From Candidatus Omnitrophota bacterium (GTDB lineage Bacteria > Omnitrophota > Gorgyraeia > JAFGGP01), in NCBI GenBank assembly GCA_016930485.1, contig JAFGGP010000021.1:12452-76451 (forward strand): a stretch of DNA of 64,000 bases, in the 5' to 3' direction. Both the position numbers and the translations under genes were made by a program. Below are positions 43,431-51,852 of this stretch, piece after piece; the stretch's first letter is position 1, and each line of letters opens with the position of its first letter. Below the pieces are notes generated by a model. It made no database searches. It saw nothing but the letters and a program-made list of their open reading frames with translations, and was not told the DNA's origin.

Positions 43431-44465
43431 TTAATACTCTTCTTTCCACTGGGCGGAGCTTATGGTATCGGTACCACCGATAAAGTGCGGAGGAGGATTG
43501 GTAACGATCGCCGGGTCATAGATACAGGTGATGTCCTCTGCAGAGTTCATATTCAAATTATTGCCGGCGATGATGGTTCCCAAAAAGGTCACGCCGCTCA
43601 GATTGTTCATGATGACATTATTGACATTGAGTGCGGCATAAACCAACCCCTGAATGGTTGAGCTGGAAAGTTGATTTGCATTTATGTTGCCGCGTGAGAT
43701 AAGGGCCGGATAATTATCGACGGGATCGATTGTGATTCCCGACGACTGCCCTAAATCAATGTTGCCCTCGGCAATGATCGTCCCGTTAATCGTTACCCAG
43801 CTTTCGACCGTGGCATTGCCGGTAATATACCAGACACCGTTGTAGCTGCCGCCCGACAAAAAGGTATAATCGCCGGTGATGCGCTGGGTCGATGGTGCGT
43901 CATTATAGTAGCCTGTAAAATCGACCGTGGGAAGCGGTACACCCGAACTTGGTTCGATATCCCCGTCCACATCGATCTCTCCCATATGGACCGAGCCGCT
44001 ACCCGAGCTGACGTCGCCCTCGAGTAAGCCGTCGGTATTGCTCATATTGATATTATTGCCCGCGTGTATGGCATAATTGAACGCCTCCGGGGGGGCGCCC
44101 GGGGTAAGAACAAAGGACTGGACAACCGTCCTCGAGGTCTCCCCATAGGTGCCTGTGGACTCGACATCAACGCTGTGTGAACTTACGTTGGCGAACTCTA
44201 CCGAAAAACTTCCCGGCCCCAGCGACCTGGAAAAATCAGTGACGTCGCTCCAGTTCGAATCAGAGTCAAGCTGCTCCTCGAGCGCACACTGGATCCCCGC
44301 CTCGGCAAGAAATAACGCCTGGGTCGCTTTATAGGTGTCCTCTGCCATATGGGTATCGACGACAAAGCAGGAGCCCGCGACGAATGCCATCGTTGAAAGC
44401 GTCAACATGATAAAGACCGTTATCATGATTGACATCCCTTTGTCGTTGAGAACCAGGCGTTTCAT
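43431..44465 (-). CDS. PilX/GspK-like large minor pseudopilin with an Asn/Gly-rich repetitive C-terminal domain
   Basis: MKRLVLNDKGMSIMITVFIMLTLSTMA...QALFLAEAGIQ (PilX_N-like). This is followed by GNNINMSN, GNIDLG, GNINAN and GNNLNMNS repeats. Confidence 0.7.
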   Translation of the reverse strand: MKRLVLNDKGMSIMITVFIMLTLSTMAFVAGSCFVVDTHMAEDTYKATQALFLAEAGIQCALEEQLDSDSNWSDVTDFSRSLGPGSFSVEFANVSSHSVDVESTGTYGETSRTVVQSFVLTPGAPPEAFNYAIHAGNNINMSNTDGLLEGDVSSGSGSVHMGEIDVDGDIEPSSGVPLPTVDFTGYYNDAPSTQRITGDYTFLSGGSYNGVWYITGNATVESWVTINGTIIAEGNIDLGQSSGITIDPVDNYPALISRGNINANQLSSSTIQGLVYAALNVNNVIMNNLSGVTFLGTIIAGNNLNMNSAEDITCIYDPAIVTNPPPHFIGGTDTISSAQWKEEY

Positions 44466-44473
44466 AGTGCACC

Positions 44474-44959
44474 TCACCCCGCGTTCCTGAGCCACACCCT
44501 GTTCTGCAGGGAAAATGAACCGGTGGAATTTTGAAGCGTGACGGTAACGATAACCGAACGGATATCGATGATGTTGCTGGTTGTATTATTGTTGCCGTCG
44601 CGATAAGCGAACGACAACCCTGCGGTACTGTCTAAATTCGATGCGAGCACATAGCCGTTCCTTAAAAGATTGCCCCCGCTCTGTTCAAACCGGATATGCG
44701 TTCCGTGTGCATCGTTAAATTCAAGGACCCCCGAAGTCGCCACCGTGATATCGCCGCTCCCCCCGATTTGCCGTACCTCTCTGGCTACCTTGAACATCGA
44801 GGTACGCGCCTCGGCAATGACATCTCTCCGCTCCATAACAAAGGTCCAGGAATCGGCAGCGCTTGCCAAAAGCGGTGCCAGACTCCCTGCAAGGATGCCG
44901 ACAACAACGATCACCAGAATAATTTCTACAAATGTAAAACCCGCGTTCCCCTTTTTCAT
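44474..44959 (-). CDS. prepilin-type N-terminal cleavage/methylation domain protein (PilW/GspJ-like)
   Basis: MKKGNAG|FTFVEIILVIVVVGILAG has the class III signal with Glu at position +5. Confidence 0.8.
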   Translation of the reverse strand: MKKGNAGFTFVEIILVIVVVGILAGSLAPLLASAADSWTFVMERRDVIAEARTSMFKVAREVRQIGGSGDITVATSGVLEFNDAHGTHIRFEQSGGNLLRNGYVLASNLDSTAGLSFAYRDGNNNTTSNIIDIRSVIVTVTLQNSTGSFSLQNRVWLRNAG

Positions 44960-44971
44960 ATCTTCCCCACT

Positions 44972-45385
44972 TTACTCAACGTTCAGATAATCGGTCCTCA
45001 GGCCCACCAGCTGTACGCACACCGACCCTCCATGGTATACCCGGACAAGTACCCGTTTATACTCGGTGGCGCTACCCGACGGGGTATTTAAGGAGCTCGA
45101 GGCGACATAATTGCAAACAACGTCGTAACTGTACGTACTGAAGGGTGCTGAAAATGACGTTTGGCTGACGTTGCCGACCGCAAGAAAAGACTTGTTAAAG
45201 ATCTCCTCCATCTTTGCCTCTGCGAGTGAGGTCGCAACGCTCTTGATTTCGTTTGTCTGAGCCTGGTATGCCCCCTCCCCCAGTGCGATGGCGATCGGTA
45301 CAATACAGATACCGATGATTACGATAACGATGACCAGCTCTACCAAAAAATACCCTTTCTGGAAACGAACTGTATGCGGCTTCAT
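44972..45385 (-). CDS. prepilin-type minor pseudopilin (GspI/PilV-like)
   Basis: FQKG|YFLVELVIVIVIIGI. Confidence 0.72.
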   Translation of the reverse strand: MKPHTVRFQKGYFLVELVIVIVIIGICIVPIAIALGEGAYQAQTNEIKSVATSLAEAKMEEIFNKSFLAVGNVSQTSFSAPFSTYSYDVVCNYVASSSLNTPSGSATEYKRVLVRVYHGGSVCVQLVGLRTDYLNVE

Positions 45386-45876
45386 TGCAGCGACACCCTC
45401 CCTGTCTCAGGTTCCACCTGAACCGTCGTCGAAAAATCAGAGGAATACTGCAGTGTTATAACAGCCGCCGTGGTAAGCAGATTTCCGTAGGCGTCGCATG
45501 GTTCTCCTGCGGCATTGAATTCCAGATTATATCCAAAATTGGTGCTGATCAGATTAATGCCTTTGTACTGATCGATATTCGGATAGCTTATAATCATATT
45601 GGTTCCGGTAATCGGGCTTACTACCTTATCGCTGGTCACCTGCTTGTAGAGATAGTACTGCTCGTTTGCCGTATCAAAATAAATGCCGTGGGGAACGCGC
45701 CTGGTTACTGCCAACTCGTGGGCATACGCGATATCGGAACCGAGCTGCCTGGCGACACTTCTCAATTTCAGCACGGGATAAGGACGGGTATACGACACGG
45801 CCGTCGCGGCCAGGACAAAAATAATAGACATCGCTATAATCAACTCAATAAGTGTTACGCCTTTATTGGCTCGCAT
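45382..45876 (-). CDS. GspH/FimT-family minor pseudopilin
   Basis: MRANKG|VTLIELIIAMSIIFVLAA...LRSVARQLGSDIAYAHELAV. RBS GGAGAG. Confidence 0.8.
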   Translation of the reverse strand: MRANKGVTLIELIIAMSIIFVLAATAVSYTRPYPVLKLRSVARQLGSDIAYAHELAVTRRVPHGIYFDTANEQYYLYKQVTSDKVVSPITGTNMIISYPNIDQYKGINLISTNFGYNLEFNAAGEPCDAYGNLLTTAAVITLQYSSDFSTTVQVEPETGRVSLQ

Positions 45877-45923
45877 GCTGCTCTCCGCTGGTTTTTTTAA
45901 TAGTCACCATACCCACCTCAAAT

Positions 45924-45953
45924 AAAAAACCCATTCTTCGAATAGAATGGGCC
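45924..45953 (-). terminator. intrinsic terminator (riboswitch expression platform)
   Basis: The minus strand reads CCCATTCT-ATTCGA-AGAATGGG followed by TTTTTT, 48 nt upstream of the pseudopilin start codon. Confidence 0.8.
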
Positions 45954-45971
45954 ATAAAAGTTCTTCACTTT

Positions 45972-46068
45972 TTCGGCAACCGGCTGCCTTACCCTTGCAC
46001 CCCGCTCGGTTCAGGGAGTAGGCCCTTGGCTTTGCGTCCCATTCTTTCGAATAGTTTGCCTTTATCGA
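45972..46068 (-). promoter_or_regulatory. c-di-GMP-I (GEMM-I) riboswitch aptamer
   Basis: The minus strand reads AAAGGCAAACUAUUCGAAAGAAUGGGACGCAAAGCCAAGGGCCUA...GCGGGGUGCAAGGGUAAGGCAGCC. This matches the GGCAAAC / GAAA-tetraloop hairpin / GGGACGCAAAGCC core of the Vc2-type aptamer as I recall it. Confidence 0.85.
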
Positions 46069-46296
46069 CGTTCTAATTGTATAGTTTTTCTCTACTTATA
46101 AGTATGCCATATATTATTATAGAAAACAATACAGGGGTTAAAGGAAGTGGGGTCTATTTGTATCTTTTTCCTAATAAAGAGGTTACGGTATATTGTGCTA
46201 TTCCCATCCATTCCTCTTTCACGGCTGTCCCGGTCCAGGCAGCGATGCTTGACCTCTGCCTGTGGCATTGCTAGAATATGTCAAAAAGGGGACTGT

Positions 46297-46815
46297 ATGG
46301 GAACAATAGAGATTGTCGTGGGCGATATCACTACCCAAAACGTGGATGCTATCGTCAATGCCGCCAATACCTCGCTTCTCGGCGGCGGCGGGGTTGATGG
46401 TGCGATTCACCGTGCGGCCGGCCCGGCGCTTCTTGAGGAGTGTCGAAAATTCAACGGCTGCCCCACCGGAGAAGCGCACATTACTCAAGGATATAATCTC
46501 CGCGCATCCTTCGTCATCCATACGGTTGGTCCTGTGTGGAACGGGGGAAATCACGGAGAAGATATTCTTTTAGCCAGCTGCTATCGCGCCGCGCTTGAGC
46601 TTGCCGGGAAAAACAATGTTAAAACGATCGCCTTTCCCTCGATCAGCACCGGGGCCTATCGTTTTCCTGTTATCAGGGCATCCCGGATCGCCCTCACAGA
46701 AATAAAGAAATACCTTGCCACGCACGCCCTTCCTGAAAAAATCACTATCGTCTGCTTTAACCAGGGTATCTACGATATCTACTGCGAGACTGCAAAAGAG
46801 ATTGACGGTATATAA
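46297..46815 (+). CDS. ymdB: macro-domain protein (O-acetyl-ADP-ribose deacetylase, YmdB-like)
   Basis: [39 protein letters not shown]...[14 protein letters not shown]. The ATG at 46297 follows AAGGGG. Confidence 0.9.
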   Translation: MGTIEIVVGDITTQNVDAIVNAANTSLLGGGGVDGAIHRAAGPALLEECRKFNGCPTGEAHITQGYNLRASFVIHTVGPVWNGGNHGEDILLASCYRAALELAGKNNVKTIAFPSISTGAYRFPVIRASRIALTEIKKYLATHALPEKITIVCFNQGIYDIYCETAKEIDGI

Positions 46816-47001
46816 TCTCTGTCTGGCGGTCGCCTTTCGCAGAGAAAGACAGAACCCATTAACCCCTCTTTCAGGGCCTACATCTTGTATGTCGGTGGAA
46901 GTTTTTTTTATTTTTTCTTTTCTTTGTCCCTCATCTTATATATAATAATTGTGACTTCTCTATACAACGATAGGGAAAAAATCTCTTTTAAAAAATATTT
47001 T

Positions 47002-50000
47002 ATGCAGCGTGTTTCTTCTCCTATACAGATATTTATTCTCGTATTCACCACAATAGTCCTGTCTCTATCCATTACCCGCCCTCTTCAGGCAGATGTCATC
47101 CGTTTAAAAAACGGTAACGCCCTCGAAGGTCGGATCACCGAAGAAAAAGATGACCATCTCTGGCTTCAGATAGGGGCCGGGGGCGGGGTCAGAATCTGGA
47201 AAAATGACATTGTCTCAATAGAACGCTCGGCGCCGGCGGCAGAACCAGTAGAAGAAAAGGTAGAAAGAAGGATCCAACCTCCCAAAAAACTAGAGGTCCC
47301 AAAAGAATCCCGGCCTGTTACCAAGCCCCCTGTCCAAACAACACCGGTGTTGCCGCAACGACAGCCGCCTGCGCAAGAAGAAGGGCCAACGATGCCGATA
47401 AGCGGCAGCTTTTTAACAGTCTTGTTATTAGTAGCAATCGGAATCTTGATATACGCCCGTAAAAAACGCGCTGATTCCCTGAAGGCCCTTGAGGAGGCTG
47501 AAGAACCGTTGCCCCCGCCAACCTATGAGCCATATGCAGACTACGAGGAAGGAGCGGGAGGTGACGGAGAAAAAGCCATCCCGCCAACAGGCACAGGAGG
47601 AGAATCTATCCCATTCGACGGTGGTAAGGATTCGGGTGAACCGCTCCCCCCTTGGCTCTCGGATGCGCCGCTCGAGGTAGACGAAACGGTCAATTCGGAA
47701 AAAAGCAGTCATGTGCCTTCGCACGCGCTCTCTGAGCCGGGTGCGGAACTCGGACACATCAGACCGCCGGAAGAAAGCGAAGAGGGCCTGCCTCGGGAAA
47801 TACATATCCCCTTTTTGATTAAGATTATTATTTCATCGCTCTTCCTGAAGGCGCTGTTTATCGGGGCCGGCGGTCTTTTTTTTATCAGCCTCGTACGGAA
47901 CGGCTTCCTGCCGAGTACCGCCTCCCTCTCTACCATCTCTATACTAACCGCTTTTTTTGTCGGCCTCAATCTTGTCCCGGCATTCGGTTTGCTTTTTATG
48001 AGGCGGTGGGCCCGGATTCTCGTTGTGATCCTTATTGCCCTGGGCATTATGGGTAAATTCGTTGACCTTTCTGCGAACATCAATATATATCAGTTTCTTA
48101 CAAATAAGTTTTTTGCCGCCGAACTAAGGAAGGAAAAATACCAGGTCGCTCCCAAAGACCTGACAAAACTCATTGATATGATTCAGGTCGTACGGGCAAT
48201 GGATAGATCACTCGAACGCAACCAGGGTCTGGATGCGTTGTCAACGGTACTGAAGCGCGCGCGGATGGAGGATATTCCTGTCAATCCCGCCAAGACTAAA
48301 AAAGCGGTTCTCAGTTTTCTTCTTCTTATCGATTTTCTACTCCTTCTGTATTTTTTAAAACGGGGCGAGGTGCTCGATGCCTTTGATGTCTCGGGAGGCG
48401 TTCCCCTAAGATACGCAATGCGACCACAAGTTGCCGCAATAACGGTCATCGTCCTGATCTTTCTTGCCATACTCGCAGACCGCACATATGCCTTTATTGC
48501 CCGGCAACTCCTGCGGGTGCCGGATCACCTGACAACACATCCGACCACGCTCAAAAAACCTATCGAACCCGATCAAAAACTCCTCGACACCTTCCTCAAA
48601 CACCGGGTATATGGCTATACCATTCTGCTTCCTCCCGAACTGTCACGGCAGCAGCAAGAGCATGCCTTTGCCGCCTTCTTTCTGAAAGAAGATAAATCCC
48701 TTCTGTGCGCGGTTGTGCCCTTATCGGAAGACCTCTATCGCGCCTCCCTAGCAGCGAGTAAGGCACGCTGGAACCCCTATCTTCTGCTCCTGAAGGGCAT
48801 GGAAACCCCCTCAACATCAGGAGCATCCAAAGTCGTTTTGATTCATTCGAAATACTGGGAAGGAACCAGAACGCAATACGGTCCGGCGACAAAAAGCGGC
48901 ATTACAGATTACGGAAAGACCGGTCTTGATCATAACCAGCCGCATGCTATTGTAAACTACAAGATCGTCTTCGGCAAAGGAAGGGGCCTGGAAATAACCT
49001 TTACCGGCAACTCCCAGGCGCTTGATATTCGTCTTCTTGACACTATTGTTTCAGCCATCGAGCCCATCGGACAGGCCGCAACACTAAGGAAAAACGAAAA
49101 AGGCGAGATAGTCGCGGATGAAGGTGTGGTGGGCCTGGATGTGATTTACTTTAAACACGGCAGCAGCATCGAAGGCACCATCATCGATGAGGACGACAGC
49201 TCTCTCACAGTCGAATTCGGCAGCGGCCGCATGACTATCGATAAAACAACCGTTACCCGCATAGAAAAAGCTGCGAGTGGCGAAATATATACCCCGCAGA
49301 TCCCGCCAGAACAGCGGGCGGCAGAAAAGCAAGTGTCTCAAGAAGAGGCAACCGAGCAAATGCCGCCCTCGTTGGATAGCGAGGATGACGCCATGCTTAA
49401 GCCGAACCAGGGCAAGGAAGCCGCCGCTATTGTCTCCTCCTATGAAAATGCCTTCTCAAACCAGAGTCTGGGGCTTCTTAAAAATTATGTCGACCAAGAT
49501 TCTTTATGGTATAAGAGCGGGCTTGTCACCGCGTTAGAACCGCTATTTGAGGTATTCACCCACATAAAAATCTATACGCGCGGTGAGACCGAGATAGCCT
49601 TTACCGATGGCGGGGTCAAGGTAACCAAATACGCTATTCACCTCTATTATAATACAGAGACTAAACTTAATGATATCAACGAAGGATTCGAGACCTATTT
49701 TTTAAACCCGAGCGGCAACACCTACCGGATTAGGGGATACGCAAAGCTGGATCCAAACGAACAGAGGCGGCATTACGAAATCGCGACTCGGGCATTGCTT
49801 GATGACGACACAGAAAAAGCCGTCGATCAGTTCAAACGGGTTATCAGGATTAATCCGGCGCACTCAGCGGCGCATTTTAGATTAGGTCAGCTTTACTTCG
49901 CCCAAAACAATAAAGAAGCAGCCATCGAAGAACTGGAAAAGGCCGTCGAGCTCCAGCCGGATATCGGCCTCTACCATTTCTACCTTTCGCAACTGCTGCT

Positions 50001-50163
50001 CCTCGACGATCAAACTGCCGACAGGGGTCGCGAACTTTTAATGCGGGCCATCGAACTGGACCCGGGGGTCGCCGATTTTCTGGGTGAGCAACTGGTGGAA
50101 AAAAGAGCGCGCGACCTCAAAGAGACGGTCGAGGGAATTCTCTACAGCATACAGGAGCCGTAA
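47002..50163 (+). CDS. large membrane-anchored protein with a duplicated small beta-module, a Pro/Glu-rich linker, multi-TM block and C-terminal TPR repeats
   Basis: Signal/TM at MQRVSSPIQIFILVFTTIVL. Modules DVIRLKNGNALEGRI...IVSIERS and DVIYFKHGSSIEGTI...VTRIEKA. TPR-like end AHFRLGQLYFAQNNKEAAIEELEKAVELQPD. Confidence 0.75.
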   Translation: MQRVSSPIQIFILVFTTIVLSLSITRPLQADVIRLKNGNALEGRITEEKDDHLWLQIGAGGGVRIWKNDIVSIERSAPAAEPVEEKVERRIQPPKKLEVPKESRPVTKPPVQTTPVLPQRQPPAQEEGPTMPISGSFLTVLLLVAIGILIYARKKRADSLKALEEAEEPLPPPTYEPYADYEEGAGGDGEKAIPPTGTGGESIPFDGGKDSGEPLPPWLSDAPLEVDETVNSEKSSHVPSHALSEPGAELGHIRPPEESEEGLPREIHIPFLIKIIISSLFLKALFIGAGGLFFISLVRNGFLPSTASLSTISILTAFFVGLNLVPAFGLLFMRRWARILVVILIALGIMGKFVDLSANINIYQFLTNKFFAAELRKEKYQVAPKDLTKLIDMIQVVRAMDRSLERNQGLDALSTVLKRARMEDIPVNPAKTKKAVLSFLLLIDFLLLLYFLKRGEVLDAFDVSGGVPLRYAMRPQVAAITVIVLIFLAILADRTYAFIARQLLRVPDHLTTHPTTLKKPIEPDQKLLDTFLKHRVYGYTILLPPELSRQQQEHAFAAFFLKEDKSLLCAVVPLSEDLYRASLAASKARWNPYLLLLKGMETPSTSGASKVVLIHSKYWEGTRTQYGPATKSGITDYGKTGLDHNQPHAIVNYKIVFGKGRGLEITFTGNSQALDIRLLDTIVSAIEPIGQAATLRKNEKGEIVADEGVVGLDVIYFKHGSSIEGTIIDEDDSSLTVEFGSGRMTIDKTTVTRIEKAASGEIYTPQIPPEQRAAEKQVSQEEATEQMPPSLDSEDDAMLKPNQGKEAAAIVSSYENAFSNQSLGLLKNYVDQDSLWYKSGLVTALEPLFEVFTHIKIYTRGETEIAFTDGGVKVTKYAIHLYYNTETKLNDINEGFETYFLNPSGNTYRIRGYAKLDPNEQRRHYEIATRALLDDDTEKAVDQFKRVIRINPAHSAAHFRLGQLYFAQNNKEAAIEELEKAVELQPDIGLYHFYLSQLLLLDDQTADRGRELLMRAIELDPGVADFLGEQLVEKRARDLKETVEGILYSIQEP

Positions 50164-50283
50164 TCAAACCTGCTTTGTATAACAGGTTTCGTGAAGGTGC
50201 GTCGGGTTACGTTAAGGTTACGTGACGTTGCCTTAAAGAGAGATATCCGGATGTATGTTTTTTTGCAACGTCACGGGCAGCAA

Positions 50284-51735
50284 TTACATCTCTGGTAGAA
50301 TGCCTTCTCCCATAAGATAATTGTCGATATGGTGCGCCGCGCGGCGTCCTTCGGCAACGGCCCACACAACAAGAGACTGTCCCCGACGCATATCGCCGGC
50401 ACAAAATACGCCTTTCACCGAAGACATGTAGTCATCGCCGGTTTGTACGTTGCCTCGCCGGTCAAATGCCACACCCAATTCTGTAAGAAGTCCCGGATGT
50501 GCCGGATGCACAAAACCGATTGCGAGGATAATTAAATCTGCCTCTATCTCAAAAGTGCTCCCCGGAATCTCTTGCATAACCGGGCAGGCATTTTTCTCGT
50601 CTGTCACAAATTCAACTCTTGCGCACTCGATTTTTTCTACGCAGCCCCCCCTGCCGATAAACCGTCTGGTCAGTACTGACCACATCCTTTCGACACCTTC
50701 CTCGTGGCTTGAGGACGTCTTTAAAAGCATGGGGTACGATGGCCAGGGGTGTTCATTGGTCCGACATTCGGGAGGCGTCGACATAACCTCTATTTGTACC
50801 ACGCATGCGGCTCCCTGACGATTCGCCGTTCCGACACAGTCAGAACCGGTGTCGCCCCCGCCAATCACCACTACTTTTTTCCCTCCCGCATCTATCAGGT
50901 CTTCAGTGGCAACCGTCTCCCCGGCCACTCTCTTATTTGACTGTGTCAGATAATCCATCGCAAAGTGAATACCGGAAAGTTCCCGCCCCTCGATCGGCAA
51001 ATCCCGCGGCGTGCGCGAGCCACCGGCAAGACACACGGCATCGTATTCCTCTAATAATTTCCCTGCCGCATAATCTTTGCCTACATCACACGAGGTAACA
51101 AAACGAATCCCTTCTTTCTCAAGAAGTGACAACCGCCTGTCGATTACATACTTTTCCAATTTAAAATCCGGTATGCCATAGCGCAAAATACCGCCTGCCT
51201 TTTCTGCCTTTTCATACACGGTCACCGTATGCCCGGCCTTATTCAACTGCGCCGCGCAACTCAGGCCCGCCGGGCCTGAGCCAATAACGGCTATTTTTTT
51301 GCCGGTGCGCGTCAGCGGGATCCGCGGAGCAACATATCCCTTGCTAAAGGCAGACTCTATTATGGAAAGTTCGTTTTCGCGTATCGTTACCGGGTCATCG
51401 TTAATTCCCAGTACACACGCATACTCGCACGGGGCGGGACATACGCGTCCGGTAATCTCGGGCAGATTATTCGTCGCGTCTAATAAATCAAAGGCTTTTT
51501 TCAGCTGCCCCGGGTTGACCAGATCGTTCCACTCGGGGATATAGTTGCCCACCGGGCAGCCCCAGTGGCAAAACGGCGTACCGCAGTTCATGCAGCGGGA
51601 GGCCTGTTCCCTGGTATGTCCCGCGCTCGGCGGCGCAACAACTTCCCTGTAATCCTTAATCCGCTCACAGACGGGTCTGTAGGAAAGCGTTTTTCTCTGG
51701 GTCTTTAAAAATGCCCTTACATCTTTATCCATCAT
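50284..51735 (-). CDS. gltD: glutamate synthase (NADPH) small subunit
   Basis: Cys clusters CMNCGTPFCHWGCP and CPAPCEYAC, with VIGSGPAGL and VIGGGDTGSDC dinucleotide motifs. Confidence 0.92.
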   Translation of the reverse strand: MMDKDVRAFLKTQRKTLSYRPVCERIKDYREVVAPPSAGHTREQASRCMNCGTPFCHWGCPVGNYIPEWNDLVNPGQLKKAFDLLDATNNLPEITGRVCPAPCEYACVLGINDDPVTIRENELSIIESAFSKGYVAPRIPLTRTGKKIAVIGSGPAGLSCAAQLNKAGHTVTVYEKAEKAGGILRYGIPDFKLEKYVIDRRLSLLEKEGIRFVTSCDVGKDYAAGKLLEEYDAVCLAGGSRTPRDLPIEGRELSGIHFAMDYLTQSNKRVAGETVATEDLIDAGGKKVVVIGGGDTGSDCVGTANRQGAACVVQIEVMSTPPECRTNEHPWPSYPMLLKTSSSHEEGVERMWSVLTRRFIGRGGCVEKIECARVEFVTDEKNACPVMQEIPGSTFEIEADLIILAIGFVHPAHPGLLTELGVAFDRRGNVQTGDDYMSSVKGVFCAGDMRRGQSLVVWAVAEGRRAAHHIDNYLMGEGILPEM

Positions 51736-51852
51736 AACTCCTATAGGGTATAGCGGCTAGCGTGTAGCGTATAAAAAAACTTATTTTCAGGTAAAGAAAT
51801 TGGCGTGTTATTTTGTCTAATCGCCAACCGCAATACGCTAATCGCTAGAAGG

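Noticed and set aside
50221-50275. 11-bp perfect inverted repeat CGTGACGTTGC ... GCAACGTCACG with a 33-nt loop, plus a GGTTACGT direct repeat
   Set aside because: It sits between two convergent stop codons (50163 and 50284), next to a simpler hairpin (AAACCTG...CAGGTTT at 50166-50189). The most economical reading is bidirectional terminator or RNA-stability structure, with no evidence of anything more.
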